Assembly (NCBI GenBank): GCA_964011675.1
Contig: CAXGPR010000002.1
Coordinates: forward strand, 26,216-90,215
Direction: 5' to 3'
From: an uncultured bacterium
GTDB lineage: Bacteria; Latescibacterota; UBA2968; UBA8231
Length of the DNA stretch: 64,000 bases
The position numbers were made by a program, and so were the translations under genes. The stretch's first letter is position 1; each line of letters opens with the position of its first letter. The notes under the pieces are model-generated. The model ran no database searches. It saw only the letters and a list, made by a program, of their open reading frames with translations, and had not been told where the DNA came from. Below, piece by piece: positions 1-8,051 of this stretch.

Positions 1-996
1 GATAGTATTGGATCACCTGCTGCTTCAGCATCGGGGCAGCGGCGAGATTTCAAAGGCATTTTTTGTCCTAATATTGTGATATTCGATGGAAATGGTAAGA
101 TTAACTATAGCGAGATGGAACGCTATGTGAATTGGTTGATCGACGCGGGTATACACGGTCTGTATCCGAATGGAAGCACTGGTGAATTCGTGCGCCTTTC
201 TTGGGAAGAGCGTCAAGATGTCGTGCGTCTCATTACTGAAGTAAACAGCGGTCGCGTACCTATCTTGGCTGGAGCGAGTGAGGCCAATACGCGAGACGTG
301 CTAAAGATGGCAGAGTTTTATGCGTCTATTGATGTCGACGCCATTTCTCTTGTTCCGCCGTATTACTACAAAATATCAGACGAGAGTCTTTTTGAGTACT
401 TCGCCGAGATTGCCGAGCAGTCTCCGCTCGACATTCTGCTTTACAATATACCGCAGTTTACCCAAGAACTGCCTTTGGAACTCATGGAACGGTTGCTGTC
501 TTATGAGCGCATTTTTGGCACAAAAGATTCCAGCCGAGATTTGCCGCGCCTGATAAACACGATGCACCGTCTGCGTGCTCAGCGCCCTGACTACGTGGTC
601 TTAGTTGGTTGCGAGGAGATTCTCTTTCCATCAGTTATGATGGGGGCCAGCGGTGGAACCATTGCCACGTCGGGCATTGTGCCGGAGGTGATTGTAGAAC
701 TGTATAATCAAGCTTTGGCAAATAACGTCGATAGAGCGCGGGTGCTTCAATACCGCATATTAGATTTGATCAACCTCATGCTATTAGGTGTGAATTTCCC
801 TGAAGGTTTTAAGACTGGTGTGGCTGTTCGCGGTTTTGACGTGGGTCCGGCTAGGACGTCTGCGAGTGATGGTGAACAGGAATATCTGCTTAAACTCGAG
901 TCTCAGATCGGATGTGTTCTGAGCGATATGGGCTACGCCGTGCGCGGTGCCCGCGCGTGTCCCGTCACAAACCTATCGCCTATTGTAGGTCGTTGA
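1..996 (+). CDS. Dihydrodipicolinate synthase (DapA/NAL) family lyase, 5'-partial at the window edge
   Basis: The frame is open from nt 1. The segment GIFCPNIVIFDGNGKINY...GLYPNGSTGEF matches the DapA-family N-terminus (TPFdenG..D... GTTGE). The track ORF 76..996 begins inside the conserved motif, so the true start lies upstream of the window. Confidence 0.7.
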   Translation, partial: DSIGSPAASASGQRRDFKGIFCPNIVIFDGNGKINYSEMERYVNWLIDAGIHGLYPNGSTGEFVRLSWEERQDVVRLITEVNSGRVPILAGASEANTRDVLKMAEFYASIDVDAISLVPPYYYKISDESLFEYFAEIAEQSPLDILLYNIPQFTQELPLELMERLLSYERIFGTKDSSRDLPRLINTMHRLRAQRPDYVVLVGCEEILFPSVMMGASGGTIATSGIVPEVIVELYNQALANNVDRARVLQYRILDLINLMLLGVNFPEGFKTGVAVRGFDVGPARTSASDGEQEYLLKLESQIGCVLSDMGYAVRGARACPVTNLSPIVGR

Positions 997-2084
997 TATC
1001 TACGACCTGTGCCCGCGTTCTTATTGTAGGGGCTGGCATTATAGGGCGTTCAATTGCCTACTATTTATCCCGTGCCGGCGCCCAACCAATTCTAATCGAA
1101 GCCCGTGAAGGGCCTTCTGATGCTAGCCGCGCTTCGCTTGGCGTGCTGACTCATTTTAGCGGTGGTCATAGCGTCTACGGTCTGTTTATACGCGACAGCC
1201 ATGCGGTGCACAGGCCGCTGGCAGACGAGTTGTTTGACGAAACGGGCATTGACGTTGGATGGCGTCCCTTGGGTGGTATCAATCTCGTAACTGACAGCGA
1301 AGATGAAGCGCTGATTAAAGCGCAGTGGGATCAGGCACGGGCGCGAAGTGTACCCGCTGAACGGCTCAGCGGCGAGGATATTCGCAGGATAGAGCCGTCT
1401 GTTGCTAGCGACGTATGTTGGGGACTTTACTTTCCTGAAGACCAGCGTGTGTCGCCGATGCGGCTAGGAGATGCCCTACTGAAGGGTGCGATTGCGCGCG
1501 GGGCTCAGATAAAATACGGTGAGAGCTTCTTGCGTATCGCCGAGAGCGGTAAAGATCGGGTGCTTGTCGAGACATCAAAGGGACGGCGTAGTGCAGATTG
1601 TGTTGTGCTTGCCTCCGGAGCGTGGACCGCTTTTCTTGCAGCATCTTTCGGCGCTCATGTGCCCGTGCGCCCAGTACGCGGAGAACACGGCTGTTATCGT
1701 GGAGAACGACTGCGTCACGTGCTACGCCACAGCGGACATCAGATCATTCCTACTGCGCGAGGTAATATGGTTGGGGCTACCGCAGAGGAAGTCGGTTTTA
1801 TTGCGGATACGACAGAAGCAGGGCAACGTGCACTACATACGGTATACACTCGACTGCTCGCGGTGTCCGAACCCCTGCGTTCGCAGTGGGCGGGGCTACG
1901 AGCAAAGCCCAAAGCAGGGCGTCCTATGATTGGTCCACTCAATGAGCATCCGCGCATATTTATTGCTACGGGACACTACAAGAACGGCGTCTTGATGGGG
2001 CCGCTTACAGGACAGGTTATAGCGCGCTGGATACTTGAGGGACAGCCGGGCCGAGATATGCAGCCCTTTGTCCCTGAACGATGA
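912..2084 (+). CDS. FAD-dependent oxidoreductase, DAO family (glycine/D-amino acid oxidase-like)
   Basis: It has a Rossmann GxGxxG motif (VLIVGAGIIGRSIAY) and C-terminal DAO-like motifs (IATGHYKNGVLMGP). The likely start is the in-frame TTG at 993, which overlaps the upstream stop as TTGA. Confidence 0.75.
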   Translation: MCSERYGLRRARCPRVSRHKPIAYCRSLISTTCARVLIVGAGIIGRSIAYYLSRAGAQPILIEAREGPSDASRASLGVLTHFSGGHSVYGLFIRDSHAVHRPLADELFDETGIDVGWRPLGGINLVTDSEDEALIKAQWDQARARSVPAERLSGEDIRRIEPSVASDVCWGLYFPEDQRVSPMRLGDALLKGAIARGAQIKYGESFLRIAESGKDRVLVETSKGRRSADCVVLASGAWTAFLAASFGAHVPVRPVRGEHGCYRGERLRHVLRHSGHQIIPTARGNMVGATAEEVGFIADTTEAGQRALHTVYTRLLAVSEPLRSQWAGLRAKPKAGRPMIGPLNEHPRIFIATGHYKNGVLMGPLTGQVIARWILEGQPGRDMQPFVPER

Positions 2085-2186
2085 GCGCGATCGGGTAGAT
2101 AGCGCCATCGCGTTTGAGACGAGCGCCCAGATTGCTTTATTTCATATGTCGCGTTTCCTCTATATTAAACTATTAGGGAGGTCGTC

Positions 2187-3128
2187 ATGGCTATAGAAAC
2201 CAGCGAGCTTGTAAATTCGCTTAATTCAGTTACTTCAATACCCGTAGTCCCCTTCCGTAAGGGGAAAATAGATTACGATGCCCACGCTAAAAATATCCGT
2301 TATCTCATGGATAACAATCATTTAGAAGGTGAGCGCCGGCGCGTAATTGGCATTGCGGGGACAAGTCTAATACATCATATCGGTCGCGATGAGCAGGTTC
2401 GTCTAATGGGATTTACTGGCGAACATATGGCTGGTAAAGGCGTTCTCATGTCTGGTATTGCCCCGAATCCGATAGCCGATGCGGAGGAACTGATTCGTCG
2501 CGAAGCCTCGCTATCCGTGCCGCCTGATTGTTATCTCGTAATGCCGCTGACGGGCGTGGGAAACGCCGAGGGCATTTTTCGCAATCATCTGGATATGGCA
2601 GAACGACTAGGACGAGAGACCGGGGCTCGGTTTCTATATTATTTGAGGAACAAAACCGAACGAGAGACCGCCATCCGGTTACTCAACGAGTCCGATTTTT
2701 TTGTCGGCTTGAAGATAGGAACAGATGTCGGTGACGTGACTACAATTGTCGACGGTGTCAATTCAGGAGCAGGCATAGTTATATGGGGCGTTGGTGACCG
2801 TTCTACTGGGCCAGCTAGTCTGGGCACGCTAGGACATACTTCTGGTATTAACGTCGCCTTTGTTCGCGCATCAGACGCAATCAACAACGCGCAACGCAGC
2901 GGAGACTTAGAGGCCTCGCAGCGCGTCGAGGACGAAATTGCCGCGTTTGAGGATATTCGTTTTCGCGACGGGCGTATGTATAACTACTCGGCCGTAGTTG
3001 AGGCGATGCATCTGATTGGAAGTGATGCGATTGACGGTGGGGATGGAGGTCCGTTTAACCCGCGCGTGCCGGCGGATGTGGCGAGTGAAGTGGCCGCTGC
3101 CGTCGAACCACTGATGAAGTATCACTAA
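2187..3128 (+). CDS. Second DapA-family (dihydrodipicolinate synthase-like) protein
   Basis: The N-terminus IPVVPFRKGKIDYDAHAKNIRYLMDN...GIAGTSLIHH resembles the DapA-family fold. A strong SD (AGGGAGG) sits 7 nt upstream of the ATG. Confidence 0.55.
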   Translation: MAIETSELVNSLNSVTSIPVVPFRKGKIDYDAHAKNIRYLMDNNHLEGERRRVIGIAGTSLIHHIGRDEQVRLMGFTGEHMAGKGVLMSGIAPNPIADAEELIRREASLSVPPDCYLVMPLTGVGNAEGIFRNHLDMAERLGRETGARFLYYLRNKTERETAIRLLNESDFFVGLKIGTDVGDVTTIVDGVNSGAGIVIWGVGDRSTGPASLGTLGHTSGINVAFVRASDAINNAQRSGDLEASQRVEDEIAAFEDIRFRDGRMYNYSAVVEAMHLIGSDAIDGGDGGPFNPRVPADVASEVAAAVEPLMKYH

Positions 3129-3136
3129 TCTGAGGC

Positions 3137-3442
3137 TTACTCTGTCTGGCTGTCGAGCTGGTCTAAATAGGCCTGCCACTCTAGAGGTAGCAGGTATTTC
3201 TTTTGGTTGTTGCACTCTTTGCAGCAAGGAACGACGTTGGACTTTACCGTATAGCCTCCGCGACTAATTGGCACGATGTGATCCATTGTCAATTCTGGTG
3301 GAGGAAAATGTACTTGGCAGTAATGACAGTGCCCGCTAGCCCGTCGGTTCTTCCACCACTGGGAATGACGTAGTTGACGGGCTTTGTTTTTCTCTCTGCT
3401 TATGTGCTCTTCGGGTGCAGGTAAAAAGTAGTCTTCAGCCAT
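3137..3442 (-). CDS. Small HNH endonuclease
   Basis: It carries the HNH signature CHYCQ....DHIVPISRGG....NVVPCCKECNNQK. Confidence 0.7.
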   Translation of the reverse strand: MAEDYFLPAPEEHISREKNKARQLRHSQWWKNRRASGHCHYCQVHFPPPELTMDHIVPISRGGYTVKSNVVPCCKECNNQKKYLLPLEWQAYLDQLDSQTE

Positions 3443-3491
3443 ACACGTAGTTTAGCTTCGGATTTTCCTTGGTGCAACGGATATATAGCAT

Positions 3492-4127
3492 ATGAACCAA
3501 ACAATCCCTCTATTTCCACTGCCGTTGGTCGTTTTTCCCAATCAGGCGTTGCCGCTCCATATTTTTGAACCGCGCTACCGCGATATGTTAGCCGATGTGC
3601 GCGAAGCGCAGGATCAAGGGGAAGTCATTCCTATTGGCATATGTTTGGGCGAAGATAGCGAATTGAGCGCGACGGTGGGCTGTGCCGTGCTGTTAGAAAA
3701 AGTGCTTAACGAGTATGGTGACGGCCGTGCCGATATTATCTGCGTTGGGTCTCGGCGTTTTACTGTCGGTGAAATTGTGAGCGAACGATCCTACTTAATA
3801 GTCGAAGCATCTTATATAGAGGACGAAGAAGAGCCTTTAGACGTCGCACTTCTCCAGAAAGCCCAACAGGGCTATATGCGTCTGTTGGAACTAACTCAGG
3901 AAGAGTCGGGTGACCGATTTGAGGGTGTCGTTCCACAGAACGCTTTTCAGATTGCTCAGTCGGCTGCGCTGCCAATAGAAAGGAAGCAAGAAATATTGCA
4001 GATGAACAGAGAAAATGAGCGTCTTCTCCTTCTCTGCAACCATTTTGATGAACTTGTTCTGCGCTTGGAAAGCCGCCGTGCTGAGCGCGTAAAGATTCAG
4101 TCTAACGGTCACTCAAAAAACCACTAG
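3492..4127 (+). CDS. LON N-terminal (substrate-binding) domain protein
   Basis: IPLFPLPLVVFPNQALPLHIFEPRYRDM is the canonical Lon N-domain start. There is no ATPase or protease domain. Confidence 0.7.
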   Translation: MNQTIPLFPLPLVVFPNQALPLHIFEPRYRDMLADVREAQDQGEVIPIGICLGEDSELSATVGCAVLLEKVLNEYGDGRADIICVGSRRFTVGEIVSERSYLIVEASYIEDEEEPLDVALLQKAQQGYMRLLELTQEESGDRFEGVVPQNAFQIAQSAALPIERKQEILQMNRENERLLLLCNHFDELVLRLESRRAERVKIQSNGHSKNH

Positions 4128-4217
4128 CTCAACGGCAATAGAAGCGTGCGTAACTTTTTCGGTTAGACATGAGCTGTGGGTTGCGACGAGATGCCTGTTG
4201 AGGTTATCGGCACCGCT

Positions 4218-4886
4218 CTATCTGACTAGGTCGACAAAAATGTGGTGGGCGACTTCTAGACCGAGCGTTCGGGGTTGATGCGCTTCGACAAGGAGGGTGA
4301 TAGGACCTTTAAACGGTGCTTTCTCGCACACTTTAACCATGATACCCAATTGTAGGCCCACATCATTCATATAGCGGAGCATCGCCGGATCGCGGTCGCT
4401 AACGCGTTTGACTACTGCGCGCTGTCCACGGTCTATATCGGATAGACGCGCGTAGGTTTGTTCTTCAATCTGTCCGTTTTTGTCGGGAATGGGTTCGCCG
4501 TGGGCACCAATAGTTGGATGTCCTAACATTCTATCTATACGCTCTTCAAATTCTTCTGATATGGCGTGTTCGAGTCGTTCAGCTTCCGCGTCGACCGCGT
4601 CCCATGAATACCCCAGTGCCTCGGAAAGATAGAGTTCGATTAGGCGATGATGGCGGATCGTCTCAAGAGCAATTCTTTCCCCCGCTTCTCTCAGTACTAC
4701 GCCCCTATACGGCGCGTATTCGAGCAGGTTTACCTCCGCTAGTTTCTTGATCATATTGGTCGCGGAAGCCGCTGTCACGCCCATTCGTTCGGCCAGAATA
4801 GAAGTAGTTACTTGGTTAGGTGCATCACTCCCGTGTTGTAGCTTGTAAATTACCTTGAGATAGTCCTCAATAGATTGGCTGATCAT
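4218..4886 (-). CDS. DtxR/MntR-family metal-dependent transcriptional repressor with a C-terminal FeoA/SH3-like domain
   Basis: It has an N-terminal HTH (IEDYLKVIYKL...TTSILAERMGVTAASATNMIKKL), then the HRLIELYL metal-binding/dimerisation motif. It is divergent from a metal ABC importer. Confidence 0.8.
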   Translation of the reverse strand: MISQSIEDYLKVIYKLQHGSDAPNQVTTSILAERMGVTAASATNMIKKLAEVNLLEYAPYRGVVLREAGERIALETIRHHRLIELYLSEALGYSWDAVDAEAERLEHAISEEFEERIDRMLGHPTIGAHGEPIPDKNGQIEEQTYARLSDIDRGQRAVVKRVSDRDPAMLRYMNDVGLQLGIMVKVCEKAPFKGPITLLVEAHQPRTLGLEVAHHIFVDLVR

Positions 4887-4948
4887 AAATTCCTTTTAGA
4901 GAGAGAGCATACGGCTTATATTGATCCCCCCAATAGTATTAGTAACGA

Positions 4949-4971
4949 CCTTGACTTTATTTTAGTCAAGG
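4949..4971. promoter_or_regulatory. Inverted repeat ccttgact-N7-agtcaagg between the divergent repressor and transporter genes; candidate MntR/DtxR operator
   Basis: It has perfect 8-bp arms. It sits in the 134-bp divergent intergenic region. Confidence 0.35.
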
Positions 4972-5020
4972 CTAAATTTATATACTATTCGCGTTAAATG
5001 AAAACAAGAAACGAGCAACT

Positions 5021-5941
5021 ATGTTATTTCGCCACGCGATATGCTTTCTTCTCGCCTTTCTCTTGGGATGCGCGGGAAGTTCCACAGAGAATTTAAATGA
5101 TGCAGAACATGTCGCAGTGGTCTGTACCACGGGTATGGTTGCCGATTTAGCACAGCGCATAGGCGGCGATCGCGTTCGCGTTATGGGACTAATGGGGCCG
5201 GGTGTTGATCCGCATTACTACAAGGCATCACAGGGAGATTTGGCCAAGCTCGAGCGTGCGGATTTGATCTTATATAACGGGCTTTTACTCGAAGGTAAGA
5301 TGCAGGACATTTTTGGCAAGATGGCCCGCACCAAGCGCATTGTAGCCGTAGCCGATGCGATTGACAAGGCTGATTTACTGCAGCCTGACGAACTGGAAGG
5401 GCACTACGATCCGCATATTTGGTTTGACGTGTCTCTGTGGAGTAAAACCATTGATTCCGTTGTGCGCGCATTGTCCGAAATTGATCACGAAGGCGCTGAC
5501 AGCTATAAGCGTAACGGCGATTCATATCGAAAAGAGCTAGATGCGCTCGATGCGTGGGTGACGGAACAGGTTGAGCAAATCTCCAGTGGGCAGCGTGTGC
5601 TAATTACCGCGCATGACGCGTTCGGTTACTTTGGACAAGCCTACGGAATCGAAGTTATGGGATTGCAGGGAATCTCGACGGTTGCAGAATATGGCGTCAA
5701 CGACGTAATCGGATTGGTTGATCTTATTACTGAACGAAAGATTCGCGCAATCTTTGTCGAGAGTAGCGTGCCGGAGAGGTCGATTGAAGCGGTGCGGCAG
5801 GGTTGTTTACAGCGCGGCCACACTGTAGCTATTGGTGGCACGCTCTATTCGGATGCTATGGGAGGTCAGGGTAGCGGCGCAGATACGTATGTGGGCATGG
5901 TTCGGAGTAACGTTGAGACCGTCGTAGGGGCGTTGCGATGA
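5021..5941 (+). CDS. Metal (Mn/Zn) ABC transporter substrate-binding lipoprotein, TroA/ZnuA/MntC cluster
   Basis: It has a signal peptide plus lipobox (LLGCAGS) and a TroA-like fold. It lies in an operon with ABC-3 components. Confidence 0.8.
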   Translation: MLFRHAICFLLAFLLGCAGSSTENLNDAEHVAVVCTTGMVADLAQRIGGDRVRVMGLMGPGVDPHYYKASQGDLAKLERADLILYNGLLLEGKMQDIFGKMARTKRIVAVADAIDKADLLQPDELEGHYDPHIWFDVSLWSKTIDSVVRALSEIDHEGADSYKRNGDSYRKELDALDAWVTEQVEQISSGQRVLITAHDAFGYFGQAYGIEVMGLQGISTVAEYGVNDVIGLVDLITERKIRAIFVESSVPERSIEAVRQGCLQRGHTVAIGGTLYSDAMGGQGSGADTYVGMVRSNVETVVGALR

Positions 5942-6729
5942 GTGATCCAGTGCATTCTGACGGGGCAGTGCCGCCGATTCAAGTACACGATATGACTATT
6001 GCCTATCACAAAAAGCCCGTTCTATGGGATGTCGATCTGGATGTGCCTGAAGGCGTTCTGGTTGGGATTATCGGTCCAAATGGTGCGGGTAAAAGCACGA
6101 TGATTAAGGCTGTGATGGATCTGATTCCCAAGGCATCGGGTTGGGTTAAAATATACGACCGCCCGTACGATCAAATGCGCAGTGCGATCGGCTACGTACC
6201 TCAGCGCGAGTCCGTTGACTGGGATTTTCCCGTAAATGCGCTGGATGTGGTTTTGATGGGGCGTTATGGACACGTGGGATGGTTCCGCAGGCCTAGCAGC
6301 GAAGATCGTCGCATCGCAACAGAGGCGCTGGAAAAAGTAGGCATGGCCGAGTTCGCCCAACGGCAGATCAGCCAACTGTCGGGCGGACAGCAGCAGCGTG
6401 TATTTTTGGCCCGTGCGCTTGCCCAAGATGCACGTATTTACATGATGGACGAACCCTTTGCGGGGGTAGATGCGGCAACCGAGCGTGCAATTATTGACAT
6501 CTTGATAGAATTGCGTAGTCAAGGTAAGACTATTCTGGTTGTTCACCACGACTTGCAGACCGTGACCGCCTATTTTGATTGGATTATCATGCTCAACATG
6601 CGCGTGGTTGCAGCTGGCCCAACGGGGGAAGTGTTTACGGATGAGAATTTGCAAAAGACGTACGGCGGTCGCCTAACTGTGCTGAGCCAAGCTGCCCAGG
6701 CTATGGCTGATCACCGCAGGGGAAATTAA
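5938..6729 (+). CDS. Metal ABC transporter ATP-binding protein (MntA/ZnuC/TroB-like)
   Basis: It has Walker A (GPNGAGKST), the ABC signature (LSGGQQQRV) and Walker B (MMDEP). Its 4-nt overlap with the upstream gene indicates an operon. Confidence 0.85.
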   Translation: MSDPVHSDGAVPPIQVHDMTIAYHKKPVLWDVDLDVPEGVLVGIIGPNGAGKSTMIKAVMDLIPKASGWVKIYDRPYDQMRSAIGYVPQRESVDWDFPVNALDVVLMGRYGHVGWFRRPSSEDRRIATEALEKVGMAEFAQRQISQLSGGQQQRVFLARALAQDARIYMMDEPFAGVDAATERAIIDILIELRSQGKTILVVHHDLQTVTAYFDWIIMLNMRVVAAGPTGEVFTDENLQKTYGGRLTVLSQAAQAMADHRRGN

Positions 6730-8051
6730 TGCTAGACAATGCGCTGCGTTTTCTTAGTTTGGCCGACGCCAACGTCCGTTTTGTGCTGCTCGGTTCGCTG
6801 CTGATTGGAGCGACTGGAGGCATGTTGGGTAGCTTTGCCGTCCTGCGTCGACGCAGTTTGCTAGGCGACGCGCTGGCGCATGCCGCTCTGCCAGGCGTTG
6901 CGTTGGCTTATCTGGCCACGGGAAGCAAATCATTGCCGGTATTACTCGTAGGGGCCACAGTCGCGGGCATCCTCGGCGTCCTGCTGATTCAGTTCATAAC
7001 TCAGTATACGCGTGTGAAAGACGATTCTGCAATTGGTATCGTGCTGTCCGTATTTTTTGGTATCGGTATCGTGCTCCTGACACACATACAGCGTGATGGC
7101 GGGGGCAATCAGAGCGGCTTGGATAAGTTCCTCTTTGGTCAAGCCGCATCTATCGTGGGCGACGATCTAATAGTAATGACGGTGCTTACGGTGATTATCA
7201 TCGTCGCCGTACTCGCGTTATACAAGGAATTCAAGGCGCTTATTTTCGATGCAGGTTTTCTAAGTACGCTGGGTTTTTCTGCTCGCAGAGTGGATGCTAT
7301 GCTCATGGGACTTATCGTGTTGACGGTTATGGTTGGCCTGCAAGCCGTTGGTGTAGTGCTTATTGCCGCTATGCTCATAACGCCAGCTGTGGCAGCTCGC
7401 TTTTGGTCTGAGCGCCTCGGCATTGTGGTTGTTATTTCTACGGTGTTCGGCGGTATTTCAGGCATCTTCGGTACCTTTATAAGTTCGCTCGCACCGCGTA
7501 TACCGACAGGGCCTGTGATGATCCTCGTTGCGACCTCATTCTTTATTGTATCGGCATTCTGTGCGCCGAGACGTGGTATGTTGGCGCGCTGGCGCCGCCA
7601 CCGTCACAATGCCGAACGCGAACGACGCCACCATTTTTTGCGCGCTTTTATCGAACTGTCAAACAAAGAGCGCCGCGATACGCTGTTAGCTTCTTTGCTG
7701 GCCGTAGAATTAGGATGGAATGTATCGCGCGTCGAGCGGATTGGACGCAAGTTGGCACGTCAGGGATACGCCCAGCGCAGTGACGGCCAGTGGTGTCTTA
7801 CGGACGCGGGTGTTGATGAAGGCGTTTTCATAGTCAAGTCGCACCGTCTCTGGGAGCACTATCTGTATTATCGCTCTATTCTGGATGCAGACCACGTGGA
7901 TCGTCCTGCTGACGAAGTAGAGCATTTGCTTACGCCGGAAATTATCGCGGACTTAGAGCAGATTCTAGCCGAAGAGCGTGGTATTGATACAGACGAAGTA
8001 GTCAATATACACGGAACGCTCAGTCACTATCGTCGGGGGGGACGCGAGTAA
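6729..8051 (+). CDS. ABC-3 family metal permease (TroC/MntB-like) fused to a C-terminal DtxR-like HTH plus dimerisation domain
   Basis: The N-terminal 290 aa are ABC-3 (LRRRSLLGDALAHAALPG). The C-terminal ~140 aa are LLASLLAVELGWNVSRVERIGRKLARQGY...KSHRLWEHYL...ADEVEHLLTPE, which parallels the DtxR HTH, HRLAERLL and metal-site regions. Confidence 0.8.
   Translation: MLDNALRFLSLADANVRFVLLGSLLIGATGGMLGSFAVLRRRSLLGDALAHAALPGVALAYLATGSKSLPVLLVGATVAGILGVLLIQFITQYTRVKDDSAIGIVLSVFFGIGIVLLTHIQRDGGGNQSGLDKFLFGQAASIVGDDLIVMTVLTVIIIVAVLALYKEFKALIFDAGFLSTLGFSARRVDAMLMGLIVLTVMVGLQAVGVVLIAAMLITPAVAARFWSERLGIVVVISTVFGGISGIFGTFISSLAPRIPTGPVMILVATSFFIVSAFCAPRRGMLARWRRHRHNAERERRHHFLRAFIELSNKERRDTLLASLLAVELGWNVSRVERIGRKLARQGYAQRSDGQWCLTDAGVDEGVFIVKSHRLWEHYLYYRSILDADHVDRPADEVEHLLTPEIIADLEQILAEERGIDTDEVVNIHGTLSHYRRGGRE

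Noticed and set aside
320-567. Short ORFs overlapping the first DapA-like gene in other frames.
   Set aside because: They are internal to a well-supported CDS and have no independent signal.
6729-6744. An identical 16-mer, atgctagacaatgcgc, at the start of permease 1 (6729) and in the lpdA-downstream palindrome (32897).
   Set aside because: One chance 16-mer match is about what is expected in 64 kb when both strands are considered. There is no extended similarity around it.
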